Both the position numbers and the translations under genes were made by a program. A model generated the notes under the pieces. It was given only the letters and a program-made list of their open reading frames with translations. It did not search any database and was not told the origin of the DNA. A DNA stretch of 64,000 bases, taken from the NCBI GenBank assembly GCA_027618255.1, contig JAQCFG010000001.1, positions 1,225 to 65,224 on the forward strand. The letters are read 5' to 3'. Position 1 is the first letter of the stretch, and each line of letters opens with the position of its first letter. Below are positions 29,036-39,798 of this stretch, one piece after another. The stretch comes from Cyanobacteriota bacterium. Its GTDB lineage: Bacteria; Cyanobacteriota; Vampirovibrionia; LMEP-6097.

Positions 29036-30427
29036 ATGATGGTAGATATTAGGAACGACGACGTAGCTGAAATCATCGAGCTACTCCCAGTGACAATACA
29101 AAAGATACTCAAAGAACATGACCTCAGCAGACTAATAGAAATAGTAATCGACCTTGGCAGAATCCCCGAAGCCAGATTTGCAAAAAACAAAACAATACTA
29201 CTAGGTGAGACAAGCGCCACCAAAGACACCATTAAAAATATAACAAGCCAGATCGGAGAATTCGATCACTCAAATAGAACAGGACTCGAAGGCACATTAC
29301 ACAGAATAAGTTGTGTCAAAAACAAAAATAACATAGTAATAGGATTAACAATGCGAATTGGCAGATCCATCTTTGGCACCATTCAAATCATCAAAGACTA
29401 TTTAGACCAAAATAAATCTGTACTACTCTTGGGTCCTCCAGGTGTAGGCAAAACTACTATGTTAAGAGAGATTGCTCATCACCTTTCAACTCAAAAGGAA
29501 AAACGTGTAGTTGTCATAGATACATCAAACGAGATTGCAGGAGACAGTGATATACCACACGCAGCAATCGGCAGATCGCGTAGAATGCAATTACCATACG
29601 ACAAGAAACAACACGATGTAATGATTGAAGCTGTTGAAAACCATACACCAGAAGTCATTGTTATTGATGAGATCGGAACCAAAGAAGATGCCGAAGCAGC
29701 AAGAACAATCGCAGAACGTGGTGTAACGCTAGTTGGAACGGCTCATGGTATCAATATAGAAAACGTAATCCAGAATCCAACTCTTAGTGATTTGGTTGGT
29801 GGAATACAATGCGTTACTCTTGGCGACGAAGAAGCCAAAAAGCGCGGTACCCGCAAAACCATATTAGAGAGAGCTTCTAAACCAACTTTTGATATTTGTA
29901 TTGAGATCATTGATAAATATACAGTCAATGTGCACAAGAATGTAGCCAATAGTGTTGACGCGATATTACGTGAATCACCAATACATCCAGAACTGCGCAA
30001 GCGCGATAAGGAAACAGACGAAGTTACTATTTTAGAAAGAGCAGAGACACAAGCAGGTGTTGCAGAGTTACCTTTTCACAAAGATAGTATGACAATTGCT
30101 ATTTATCCTTACGCGATCAGTAAATCATTACTCAAAAGAGCAGCAAGCACTTATAGCGAAATCAAATTCTCTATAGTGAACACGCTTGATGACGCTGATG
30201 TGGTTTTTGCACTCAAGAGTTACACAAGCGCTGATTCCAAGATCTTTAAGATCACAGAATCAAAAAACCTAACAATCAAGATTGTCGATGAGAATTCACT
30301 AGGCAAAATTAGCCAAAGCCTGGAGCAGTTGGTTATTGACCTTCCTTATATAGACAAAGACTGGAATAATGCACAAGGTGGTATTGCAGACCTTGAGAGC
30401 ATTAAGCTAGCAAAGCGAGCTATATAA
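29036..30427 (+). CDS. AAA ATPase of the SpoIIIAA/Ycf45-like family
   Basis: LLLGPPGVGKTTMLREIA, VVVIDTSNEIAG, PEVIVIDEIGTKEDAEAA and TLVGTAHG, a pattern characteristic of SpoIIIAA/Ycf45. Confidence 0.55.
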   Translation: MMVDIRNDDVAEIIELLPVTIQKILKEHDLSRLIEIVIDLGRIPEARFAKNKTILLGETSATKDTIKNITSQIGEFDHSNRTGLEGTLHRISCVKNKNNIVIGLTMRIGRSIFGTIQIIKDYLDQNKSVLLLGPPGVGKTTMLREIAHHLSTQKEKRVVVIDTSNEIAGDSDIPHAAIGRSRRMQLPYDKKQHDVMIEAVENHTPEVIVIDEIGTKEDAEAARTIAERGVTLVGTAHGINIENVIQNPTLSDLVGGIQCVTLGDEEAKKRGTRKTILERASKPTFDICIEIIDKYTVNVHKNVANSVDAILRESPIHPELRKRDKETDEVTILERAETQAGVAELPFHKDSMTIAIYPYAISKSLLKRAASTYSEIKFSIVNTLDDADVVFALKSYTSADSKIFKITESKNLTIKIVDENSLGKISQSLEQLVIDLPYIDKDWNNAQGGIADLESIKLAKRAI

Positions 30428-30625
30428 CAACTCAAAGATTCACTAGATCTCATTACAATAAAGGAAGAGCTCTTCAACAGGGCTCTTTTCTTCATTTAGA
30501 AACCCTTTATTAGCAAGGTGTTATAGCTTCACTAAAAAAAATATCCCAATTTTAACCCAAGCTTAACTTCTATAGGTTAAATAAATCATAGTTGGGCAAA
30601 AGTCCTAGCTACAAGAAGGAAAATC

Positions 30626-32095
30626 ATGGTAACGATCAAAGTATCTATTACAGACCTCAAGTCAGCCATCAGCAAGGCCCAGGCAAAGGCCGCTAATGCA
30701 GAAAATAAAAATACAGACAATAGAATCCTTGATTCACAAATCAGAGGCGCCAATGCAAGAGTTAAAGATGCAGAATCTGCTGTAACCAGATCTGAAATGA
30801 CCAAGCAAGAGGCTCAAGACAAATTATCACCACCACCAACAAAACAAGTAACTTCTGACGGAAAGAAAGGCGGCACCAAGACAGTTGTAGACGAAAGAGA
30901 AAAAGATAAATTACAAGCTCAAGTAAGAGCAGCTGATACGCAAATTCAACAAGCACAATCTGCAGTTGAAGACTCTCGTGCTGAAGCAGAGAAATTGACT
31001 TCTCAAGCATTAGATGGAGCTGGAGTAAGCGGACAGCAGCAGCAAGCAATGGGTGAACTTTCTGATCTTGTTTCTCAGCTTAAAGCTACAGCTGAAAATG
31101 CTACTGAAGATGAGTTAACAGGAGATGATTTCCAAACTAAATTAAAATCAGCAGTAGATCAATCAGCCAAACTAGCAGAAGAATTACCAAATAAGGGAAA
31201 TGAAGCTCTTATTAGTTTCTGGAAGGAAATACAAGAAGGTTTTGAATCAATTAAAGAAGATTTTACGACGGGTACAACACCAGATGCTTATGAAATCCCA
31301 ACCAATGACGATGATAATAATTATGCTCAGTTCTTCCAAGATTTTAACACTGGAATGGCAAAACTAATTACCAGACTAGAACCGGGTGGTACTGACGAGG
31401 ACGCATTAGCTGATCCATCCGGAACAATAGTAACAAGAATCACAAAGGCACGAGATTCAATAATGGACAAGTCAGGCAAATTCCTACAGGGACTTAACGA
31501 GAATGACACCAAAAAATTAACAGAATTGATGGATCAAATCAATATCATGAATAACAATCTTGATAAAGATAGAGAAGTTCCAAGTACTGATTTTTCAAAA
31601 TTGATTGCTTCAACCAATGGATTTTCTAATATATTAGAAAATGGAGGCGGCAACTTTAATCTAATACTAAATACTCAATTCAACACCCTTGATAGTAGTG
31701 CTGGAAGAATCCAAAACAATATCCCAGCAAATCAAAGATTTACAGACCTGATGACTACTTTAGGTGGCATCAATAATCCAAATCAATACAATGGATTACT
31801 TGCAACTGACTTTGAAGCAATCAAAGGGATCCAAGAGCAATTTGCTGATGCATCTACTGCAATTAGGAACCAAGGTGGCTTTAGTACAGATGGAACAGGA
31901 TTTAGTGAGCAAGACTTCACGGAATTGATGGATCAAACAGAGGCATTAGCGACGAGATTAACAGAGGATTACAATCTTAATCCACCACCAGTAGTAACTA
32001 ATTCAGGTTCAGGTACAACACCTAATGGTCCACCAGTAAATAGTAGACGAAGAGGCGAAGCAGCATCAAGGGTAGGCTCAGTGGGAACAAGGTAA
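30626..32095 (+). CDS. Hypothetical coiled-coil protein, paralog A of the 30.6-35.3 kb cluster
   Basis: RBS AAGGAA; no signal peptide; the motif LSPPPTKQVTSDGKKGGTKTVVDE is shared with the 34344 protein. Confidence 0.5.
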   Translation: MVTIKVSITDLKSAISKAQAKAANAENKNTDNRILDSQIRGANARVKDAESAVTRSEMTKQEAQDKLSPPPTKQVTSDGKKGGTKTVVDEREKDKLQAQVRAADTQIQQAQSAVEDSRAEAEKLTSQALDGAGVSGQQQQAMGELSDLVSQLKATAENATEDELTGDDFQTKLKSAVDQSAKLAEELPNKGNEALISFWKEIQEGFESIKEDFTTGTTPDAYEIPTNDDDNNYAQFFQDFNTGMAKLITRLEPGGTDEDALADPSGTIVTRITKARDSIMDKSGKFLQGLNENDTKKLTELMDQINIMNNNLDKDREVPSTDFSKLIASTNGFSNILENGGGNFNLILNTQFNTLDSSAGRIQNNIPANQRFTDLMTTLGGINNPNQYNGLLATDFEAIKGIQEQFADASTAIRNQGGFSTDGTGFSEQDFTELMDQTEALATRLTEDYNLNPPPVVTNSGSGTTPNGPPVNSRRRGEAASRVGSVGTR

Positions 32096-32109
32096 CAAGG
32101 GAGAAAACA

Positions 32110-32784
32110 ATGACAACAACAATAACATCATACTTACAAAAAACAAAACTCTATGAAGAAAAACTTCTTGAGATATATTCTAAGAAGCAAAGCATCATGC
32201 AAGTTTTGAAAGCGGCAGTAGCGCAAGAAGAGCATTTCCGCAAGGGTGCTCACCTCAATAGCAGCACTGTATTAATCAAAGCAGAAAACAGTGATGAAAC
32301 TGGTCTTTGGACAGTTACAATCGAAGTAGATCACGGCAAGGTAGTTTACACCTGCATGGATGAAGATGCAAACCATATCAATATCTTCAGTATTCCAAAC
32401 GCCAAATATATCAAAGACAAAGAGAACTTGTCAGAGGGTGAAATTAAAGCGATTCAAATTCATGCTTCAAACTCAATAGACCTCAACCTTAAAGATGTAA
32501 AGACTTTGAGAATGGCTAAAGAGCATTTCAAAGATGACTATGTTCTTAAGCATGTACCTCTTTATCACTTAGATTCAGACAATGCAGCAAGATTTATCAT
32601 CTGGCACATCAAAGCATACAAAAAAGTATTCAAAGATTATATCAACACTTTTGAATTCCTTTGGGAAGGTACTAGCTTTAAGAATGCTAGAAGCTTAGCT
32701 AAAGAAATGGTTGCAAGAGATTTAGTTGCAGCAGATTATTTCAAAGTAGAAGAGCAGAAGGAACTAACAGAATCACTGGGCTAA
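32110..32784 (+). CDS. Hypothetical protein (cluster member)
   Basis: 224-aa ORF, 15 nt downstream of the previous gene. Confidence 0.45.
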   Translation: MTTTITSYLQKTKLYEEKLLEIYSKKQSIMQVLKAAVAQEEHFRKGAHLNSSTVLIKAENSDETGLWTVTIEVDHGKVVYTCMDEDANHINIFSIPNAKYIKDKENLSEGEIKAIQIHASNSIDLNLKDVKTLRMAKEHFKDDYVLKHVPLYHLDSDNAARFIIWHIKAYKKVFKDYINTFEFLWEGTSFKNARSLAKEMVARDLVAADYFKVEEQKELTESLG

Positions 32785-32801
32785 CGTGAGGATAAAATAT
32801 A

Positions 32802-34325
32802 ATGGCAAACAGCATAACTCAATCAGCAATAGAAGCAACAGGTGATGGTCACAAAATCACCGAGAAAAGCACAATGCAAGCTTACCAGCAGCAAAAAGAA
32901 GAAGCTACTTTTCTTGGTGAAGCAGCACAAACTGGACAAGAAAGATCTAAAGCTATCTCTGAATATTTTTCAAGTGGAGCTGAACAAAGTAAGCAACAAG
33001 GCATGAACCTCATGCAAAGTGGTACTGTCAAAAAAGCAGTGGGTTTCGGTTTTGTCGCACTAGGAGCATCCTTCAAAGCAATGGCAGCAATTCCATTTAT
33101 TGGACCAATGAAAGCAGCAGCAGGTATTGAAATGATGGCCAAGGGTGCTGGTAAAATCGCTGAAGGTGTTATTGATCATAGCCAAGGCAAGAAATTAATT
33201 GCAGCAGCTAATGAAGCATTAGAAAAAGCAACTAATCACAAAGTTATAAGTAAAGATCACGCCAAAGTTGCAAGAAAAGAAATCAACAGAGCAACAATCT
33301 TTGAACGCAAGATTGAAGTATTAAGACAAATGCTCGACGAACTTGGTATCGAAAATGAGGACATGAGCGCTGAGGATTTAGAAAAACTCAAAATAGAATT
33401 CACTGAGAATTTTGATAAGAATTTTGAAGATGCTGCATCAACCCTATTAAACGGCGGCATTATGGCTCTTGATGGTATTCAAGACGAAGCTGGCAAGGAG
33501 ACAGGAACTCAATTCTTTATCAAAGAAGGCGATGATTACTTCGCTCTTGATGTTCCAAGAGACGATCTTGGCAATCCGTTAACTGGTGAAAGAGGCGAAC
33601 CACTAATCAAGTTTGACGAAGAGCAAGGTAGACATCTTGGTGAATTAGTTGTAGACGAAGATTTGATTGATTTACTCGACACCAAATTTAAATTTGTAGA
33701 CGCTCTTAAAAGCATGGCAGCAGAACTAAGTACTACTGGTTTTGACTCCAATGAAAATGCAGTATCTATACCATATGACTTAGGTAATAGAGAACATCTT
33801 GAAGAATTTGTTGATCTGGTTTTTAAAACTAATATTAATGACATTAAACAAGGTAGAGCACCAGCACCACTTCTATTAACTGAGGAAAATGGTGAACCTG
33901 GTTTCCAAAAAGTTGAATATGATCTTGATCCAAACTCTCCAACCTTTGGTAGAACTATACCTGTAGGTATCTTTGTTTCATTCTTTGAAATGGGTGGTGG
34001 TGAAGATCCTCGAGGTGATGGTATTGAATCATTTACTTATGCTATTGAAAGAAGTCAAAGATCATTAGCAGAAGTTGGACTTAATCAAGGTGGCAATATC
34101 TATGGCTATGTTGGACCAACAACAGATCGCCAGCAAGACTTTGCACAAAACACAGACAGTGGCGACTTTGGAGAATTAAGTGGAAGAAACAGCGATGCTT
34201 TTGCTGCTTTTCAATCAAGTATCAGTAGCACAGTAGAACTTAGTCAAGCAAGAAGTATCTTCAGCTCTCAAAGAGACATCCTCGGTGGATCTCAAGCAGA
34301 CGCTGTAGGGGAAGGGCAAGCGTAA
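32802..34325 (+). CDS. Hypothetical protein with a Gly/Ala-rich hydrophobic hairpin (cluster member)
   Basis: Residues ~75-120, VKKAVGFGFVALGASFKAMAAIPFIGPMKAAAGIEMMAKGAG, are followed by a coiled coil and an acidic C-terminus; no signal peptide. Confidence 0.45.
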   Translation: MANSITQSAIEATGDGHKITEKSTMQAYQQQKEEATFLGEAAQTGQERSKAISEYFSSGAEQSKQQGMNLMQSGTVKKAVGFGFVALGASFKAMAAIPFIGPMKAAAGIEMMAKGAGKIAEGVIDHSQGKKLIAAANEALEKATNHKVISKDHAKVARKEINRATIFERKIEVLRQMLDELGIENEDMSAEDLEKLKIEFTENFDKNFEDAASTLLNGGIMALDGIQDEAGKETGTQFFIKEGDDYFALDVPRDDLGNPLTGERGEPLIKFDEEQGRHLGELVVDEDLIDLLDTKFKFVDALKSMAAELSTTGFDSNENAVSIPYDLGNREHLEEFVDLVFKTNINDIKQGRAPAPLLLTEENGEPGFQKVEYDLDPNSPTFGRTIPVGIFVSFFEMGGGEDPRGDGIESFTYAIERSQRSLAEVGLNQGGNIYGYVGPTTDRQQDFAQNTDSGDFGELSGRNSDAFAAFQSSISSTVELSQARSIFSSQRDILGGSQADAVGEGQA

Positions 34326-34343
34326 AAAAAAAGGAAAGACATT

Positions 34344-35321
34344 ATGACAGCAGCAGGGGTAAAATCACAACTAAAATCGGCAATAACAAGTATTCAGAGT
34401 AAGGCTTCAGAAGTTGCTACTGGCTCATTTGCCCAAGATGTCGCAGCTGACAAAGCGACACAATCACAAAGTATTGTCAGAATCAAGGAGAGTGTTACAA
34501 GTGCTCGCGAAAAAGATTTAGACAATATTCTAGAGAAGCTCAACCCTCCACCAACCAAAGATATTGATACAGGTGGTAAGAACGGTGGTACCAAAACTGT
34601 AGTGGATAAAGAAGAAGTTGCTAAACTGGAAAGACAAAAAAATAATATTCAAGGACAACTTGAGCAAGCAAGATCTGACGTAGAAACAGCAAGATCTGAA
34701 GCTGCTACAGATGCAACAGCAGCTCTAGAGAAAGCCGGAGTAACAAAAGAAAAACAATCAGAGATGGGCTCTCTACTGAGTCAAATTAATTCAATGAATG
34801 ATAGTCTCGCTAAAGGAGGCACAGTATCCGAAGATCAAGTCAAACAAATCACTGATAAATTCGCCAGTATTAGTGCTGACCTGGGTAAAGACGATAACGT
34901 CTCTGGGGCAATCACTAAAGCCTTCTATAATCCAGTCAAAGCAGGATTGGAGAAAATGCTTAAATATATTGAAAAACCAGTCGCGCCAAGAGATACAAAT
35001 CCTCAACCGCCAGCACCAGCTGGCACAGTGAATGCTGATCTTGCTGCAGTTGGCATTACTGGTCAAAAATCCGATGACATTATTGGTTTTATGGAAAGAG
35101 TAGCTAATGTTGGCAAAGGCATTGAAGCAGGAGGAAGCTATACTGAAGCGCAAATGCAAACTTTGTTGGACGATCACACAGCCCTTACTTCTGGACTGAC
35201 TGAAGCTCAACAGACTAGTGCACCATTAACCGAATTAAAAACATCTGTCTTCTCTGTAATAAGGGCTAGTGGTCATGGTGACGCAGTACTACCAACAGCT
35301 GGGGCTAACACTGGCGGATAA
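34344..35321 (+). CDS. Hypothetical coiled-coil protein, paralog B of the cluster
   Basis: LNPPPTKDIDTGGKNGGTKTVVDKEE and an N-terminus similar to the 30626 protein. Confidence 0.5.
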   Translation: MTAAGVKSQLKSAITSIQSKASEVATGSFAQDVAADKATQSQSIVRIKESVTSAREKDLDNILEKLNPPPTKDIDTGGKNGGTKTVVDKEEVAKLERQKNNIQGQLEQARSDVETARSEAATDATAALEKAGVTKEKQSEMGSLLSQINSMNDSLAKGGTVSEDQVKQITDKFASISADLGKDDNVSGAITKAFYNPVKAGLEKMLKYIEKPVAPRDTNPQPPAPAGTVNADLAAVGITGQKSDDIIGFMERVANVGKGIEAGGSYTEAQMQTLLDDHTALTSGLTEAQQTSAPLTELKTSVFSVIRASGHGDAVLPTAGANTGG

Positions 35322-37439
35322 TTATTTTTCTTCCAGTTTCTCTCTAAGCGATTTCAAATGATCTCTATAAAGAGCAGCATTCTCAAAGTCTAAAGATTTT
35401 GCAGCATCTTTCATTTCATCCTCGAGCTTATCAATAGCTTGTATCAAATCACGCTTGGACATTTGAGCCAGTGGTTTAGTGAGCATGCTATCAAATAAAG
35501 CACTAGCTGCTATTCTTTGCTCTTCATCCAACTTATCAAAAGCATCAAGAATTGGATTAGAAACAGGTTTTAAAACAGTTCGAGGAATTATACAGTGTTC
35601 AATATTATGAGCAACTTGCATTGCTCTACGTCTATCAGTTTCATCAATCGCTTTTGCCATACTATCTGTAGTCCTGTCTGCAAACATAATTACTTTAGAC
35701 TTGGAGTTACGCGCAGCTCTACCAATCATCTGAATCAAAGTACGGTAATTTCTCAAGAATCCTTCTTTGTCGGCATCCATAATACAAACAAGCGAAACCT
35801 CTGGTAGATCAATCCCCTCTCTTAACAAATTCACACCGACCAAAACATCGTACTCATCTTTACGCAAATCGTTCAATAATTTAATTCGATCAAGTGACTT
35901 GATTTCACTATGTAAATAACGAGCAGCTATTTCATGTTCAACCAAATACTCACTCAAATCCTCTGCCATCTTTTTGGTTAAAGTATTAACTATCACTTTT
36001 TCGTTCTTCGGGAAATACATGGTCGCATCGGCTGCATGATATTGCTCAGGATCAAGTGACCTTGCGGTACGGATCTTAATTTCTTCAATTAATTTATCAA
36101 CTTGTCCTTTGGTTTCGTGAATCTCAAGCTCTGGATCAACCAAACCAGTTGGTCTAATTATCAATTCAGTTGGTTCAGGACTGCGCTCTAGCTCTTCTTC
36201 ACCAGGAGTAGCAGAGACATAAATAATCTGCTTGGCTCTTGAATCAAACTCTTCATATTTAAGAGGTCTGTTGTCAATTGCACAAGGTAAACGAAAACCA
36301 TAGTCAACTAAAACAGACTTGCGACTTAAGTCACCATAATACATCGCTCTTAATTGAGGCAATGTCATATGCGACTCATCAATGAAGCAAATCCAACCAT
36401 CCTCTCCATAACGGCGATTCATATAATCAATCAAAACCTTGGGAGAAGATCCTGGTTCACGTTCTTCTAATATTCGCGAATAATTCTCAATACCATTGCA
36501 ATAACCTACTTCTTTGATCATCTCAATGTCATATCTGGTTCGTTGCAAGATTCTTTGAGCTTCGACATCCTTGCCTTGTTTTTTAAACTCATTAACCTTA
36601 TCTTCAAGCTCTTTTTCAATTTGTTTAACTGCTCTTTCCAAAGTATCTTCATCAGTGACATAATGCTTAGCAGGAAAAACCTTAACTTCTTCCATCAACT
36701 CCAAAATCTCACCAGTGAGCCGGTCAACGTAGGCGAGCCTTTCAATTTCATCTCCAAAAAATTCTATCCGGAGGATTCTTTCTTCATCAGCCTGATGAAT
36801 CTCAATAATCTCACCACGAACTCGAAACAAACCACGAGTGATCTGAGTATCATTGCGGCGATATTGAATTCCAACCAATTGATTCAAGAATTCCTTCAAG
36901 TCAATCAACATGCCGACTTCAAGCAAGATCGCTGACTTGAAATACAACTCAGGAATCCCCAAACCATAAATACAACTCACCGATGCGACCACTATCACAT
37001 CATCTCTTTCAAAAATTGACCTGGTGGTTGAATACCTCATTCTATCAATATCATCATTGACTTTAGCCGTCTTCTCTATAAAGGTGTCAGAGTGAGGGAT
37101 ATAGCTCTCTGGCTGGTAATAATCATAGTAACTAATAAAATACTCAACCCTATTCTCTGGGAAGAATTCCTTGAACTCATTACAAAGCTGCCCAGCCAAA
37201 GTTTTGTTGTGTGCCAAAACCAAAGCCGGTTTTTGAGTCAGCTCAATAATCTTGGCCATCGTAAAAGTCTTACCAGAACCTGTGATCCCCAACAAAGTCT
37301 GTCTTGGAACTGCGTCTTTAACCCTTTGGACTATTTCTTCAATAACTTTGGGTTGATCACCAGCTGGCTCAAACTTGCTTTGGACTTTAAAGTGGTCTTG
37401 CTTTGTTTCTTGCACTTCTTTATTATAGCTTAAAGCCAA
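35322..37439 (-). CDS. uvrB: Excinuclease ABC subunit B
   Basis: GITGSGKTFTMAKII Walker A and full-length UvrB architecture (705 aa). Confidence 0.9.
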   Translation of the reverse strand: MALSYNKEVQETKQDHFKVQSKFEPAGDQPKVIEEIVQRVKDAVPRQTLLGITGSGKTFTMAKIIELTQKPALVLAHNKTLAGQLCNEFKEFFPENRVEYFISYYDYYQPESYIPHSDTFIEKTAKVNDDIDRMRYSTTRSIFERDDVIVVASVSCIYGLGIPELYFKSAILLEVGMLIDLKEFLNQLVGIQYRRNDTQITRGLFRVRGEIIEIHQADEERILRIEFFGDEIERLAYVDRLTGEILELMEEVKVFPAKHYVTDEDTLERAVKQIEKELEDKVNEFKKQGKDVEAQRILQRTRYDIEMIKEVGYCNGIENYSRILEEREPGSSPKVLIDYMNRRYGEDGWICFIDESHMTLPQLRAMYYGDLSRKSVLVDYGFRLPCAIDNRPLKYEEFDSRAKQIIYVSATPGEEELERSPEPTELIIRPTGLVDPELEIHETKGQVDKLIEEIKIRTARSLDPEQYHAADATMYFPKNEKVIVNTLTKKMAEDLSEYLVEHEIAARYLHSEIKSLDRIKLLNDLRKDEYDVLVGVNLLREGIDLPEVSLVCIMDADKEGFLRNYRTLIQMIGRAARNSKSKVIMFADRTTDSMAKAIDETDRRRAMQVAHNIEHCIIPRTVLKPVSNPILDAFDKLDEEQRIAASALFDSMLTKPLAQMSKRDLIQAIDKLEDEMKDAAKSLDFENAALYRDHLKSLREKLEEK

Positions 37440-37551
37440 TATGGACCAGCTGCAGCAAACAGTCTTAACAAACGAAGCTCTGTCAGAAACAAATTTCAGT
37501 AGTGAGAAAAGTAAAAAATCTCCTACTTATCAAAATGCTATAATCAAACAA

Positions 37552-38436
37552 ATGACGGCAGAAATTAAATCACAGAACATAGATGGCAAAGGAATTGCAG
37601 AGACAATCCATGCCGAACTCAAAGCCAAAATCGCAGCCAAAGTTGGAGCACACCCAGAACTAAGAGCACCTGGACTTGCGGTGATTTTAGTTGGTGATGA
37701 TCCAGCTAGTAGTTTTTATGTCAATAAAAAACAACAGTCATGTGCAGCAGTTGGAATTCAATCATTCAAAACAGTTCTTCCCAAAGAAACCACTAGAGAA
37801 GAATTGATTGGCACTATCGAAAAATACAACGCTGATCCCAAAGTAGATGGGATTTTGCTTCAGTTACCTTTGCCTGAAGCAATCAGACCAGATACACAAG
37901 AAATTATTGATCATATCAACTTCAATAAGGATGTCGATGGTTTAACAACTTACAATCTTGGACTTTTAGTTGTCAATGATCGCAAAGCTATTTATCCATG
38001 CACACCTAAGGGCTGTATGGAACTACTCAAAAGAACTGGCATAGAACTTCAAGGTGCCAAAGTCCTTGTAATTGGCAGAAGCACTCTTGTTGGCAAACCA
38101 ATTAGCCTAATGCTCAACCAAGCCAATGCCACAGTCACCATGGCACATAGTAGAACTAAGAACCTAGAAGCAGAGCTTGCAGCTGCTGACATTGTCATAC
38201 CTGCAATTGGAGTACCGGAGTTTGTCAAAGGCGCTAATCTCAAACCAGGAGCTGTCGTCATTGATGTTGGAATCAATAGCATCACAAGAGATGGCAAAAA
38301 GAGACTGGTTGGAGATATGGACTTCTCCTCAGCCCAAGGTATCGCTTCACATATTACGCCCGTACCTGGCGGGGTTGGACCAATGACAGTTGCGATGTTA
38401 TTGAGTAATTGTTTTGAGCTTTACGAAAGGGCTTAG
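37552..38436 (+). CDS. folD: Bifunctional methylenetetrahydrofolate dehydrogenase/cyclohydrolase FolD
   Basis: PGLAVILVGDDPASSFYVNKKQQ and PVPGGVGPMTVAMLL. The ORF track start at 37441 adds a non-conserved 37-aa leader, so I chose the ATG at 37552. Confidence 0.8.
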   Translation: MTAEIKSQNIDGKGIAETIHAELKAKIAAKVGAHPELRAPGLAVILVGDDPASSFYVNKKQQSCAAVGIQSFKTVLPKETTREELIGTIEKYNADPKVDGILLQLPLPEAIRPDTQEIIDHINFNKDVDGLTTYNLGLLVVNDRKAIYPCTPKGCMELLKRTGIELQGAKVLVIGRSTLVGKPISLMLNQANATVTMAHSRTKNLEAELAAADIVIPAIGVPEFVKGANLKPGAVVIDVGINSITRDGKKRLVGDMDFSSAQGIASHITPVPGGVGPMTVAMLLSNCFELYERA

Positions 38437-38501
38437 AAACCTTTAAAGCTATTCTTTCCCTCTTTCTTCTCCCCAAGCTCCCCATTCCCTATATCTTATT
38501 T

Positions 38502-38906
38502 TTGCGATACAATTCAATAATGGTCAACGGACAAATTGGATTAATAGCAGCTCTAGCACTAGTCAATGGCCTGGTTTTACTAGGACTTAGTGCAGGCATT
38601 CAAAAAGTTTTTGGGATTGCTGATCCGGGTGGTGTCAAAAATGAATCCTATGAGTGTGGTATGAAACCAGCGATGGATGCTGTCGTTCAATTTGATATCA
38701 AATACTACTTATTTGCTATCCTCTTTATTATTTTTGATGTTGAATTTGTTTTCTTAATGCCTTGGGCAAGCTTGTTTAATGCTAGTCCAACTGGTAGTCG
38801 TGGATTTATAATTATTGAAGCCTTTGTTTTTGTTGCTATTTTGATGTTTGGATTAATTTATGCCTGGAAGAAAGGTGCGCTAAACTGGCACCAAGACTCT
38901 CACTAA
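38502..38906 (+). CDS. nuoA: NADH-quinone oxidoreductase subunit A (NuoA/NdhC)
   Basis: YECGMKPAMDAVVQFDIKYYLFAILFIIFDVEFVFLMPWA; three transmembrane segments; the alternative start is MVNGQ. Confidence 0.75.
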   Translation: MRYNSIMVNGQIGLIAALALVNGLVLLGLSAGIQKVFGIADPGGVKNESYECGMKPAMDAVVQFDIKYYLFAILFIIFDVEFVFLMPWASLFNASPTGSRGFIIIEAFVFVAILMFGLIYAWKKGALNWHQDSH

Positions 38907-38908
38907 GT

Positions 38909-39592
38909 TCAATTCAAACTCTTTAAACCAGTCAGTATGTTAAGTACATCTATTGGTTTCGCCCGATACCTATAATCAGGATTTGCAAAGGCGTATCTTA
39001 TAATCATGTTTTCATCAACAATATAAGTGGCGGGAACAGGTAGCTCATAAGACAAATCACCGTCTGTAACTGTTGTACTTAAGCCAAGTTCACTCCAAAG
39101 ATCAATATCGGATTCAGATTTGTAAACGAGATTATATTTTTGAGCTACCTTATTTCCACTATCACTTAGAACCTCAAAGCGCAAAGCATTTCGGTCCATA
39201 GTATTCAAGCAATAATCGGGTCGTTCTGAGGAAATTGCAATTACGCCCGCACCTAGTGCTTGAATTTGAGTCAGTATTTTTTGATAAGCGCGAAGTTCTA
39301 AATAGCAGTATGGACACCAACCTCCACGAATAAAACTCAAAACCAATTTACCGTTTTTTACCAAATGACTAAGTTTGATTTTTTTACCGACCGGATTTGC
39401 AATTACAAAATCGGGTGCTCGGTCTCCTATTTTTAAGAAATCATTTGAAATCGATGACGACTTCAGTAAATTAATTTTGTCTTGAATACTTTTGAGTGTC
39501 TTGGGATGCAAGTCGTTTATCAACTCATCTTTGAGAAACTCTATTCTTTCGTATACTACGCGATTGTCATTTTCTGCCATTTTCCCCTTCAC
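38909..39592 (-). CDS. Thioredoxin-fold redoxin (AhpC/TSA or peroxiredoxin-like)
   Basis: GGWCPYCYLELRAY resembles a CxxC/peroxidatic-Cys context. Confidence 0.55.
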   Translation of the reverse strand: MKGKMAENDNRVVYERIEFLKDELINDLHPKTLKSIQDKINLLKSSSISNDFLKIGDRAPDFVIANPVGKKIKLSHLVKNGKLVLSFIRGGWCPYCYLELRAYQKILTQIQALGAGVIAISSERPDYCLNTMDRNALRFEVLSDSGNKVAQKYNLVYKSESDIDLWSELGLSTTVTDGDLSYELPVPATYIVDENMIIRYAFANPDYRYRAKPIDVLNILTGLKSLN

Positions 39593-39798
39593 TCTTTTCT
39601 CCTTTTAGCCCCCGCTATTAACTCCCTGTTGACTATAAAAATAGATATTGACCTAATCTTTGATCGAAAATGGGTATAGAAAATCGATAGCAGTGATCAA
39701 GTTTGTTGATATCGATGCTTTGTATAGCTAAGCAAAATGACCACGTGCTTGGGAAGGACTACTTTATACAGGGATAGAGTACATACAGGGAGCCAAAT

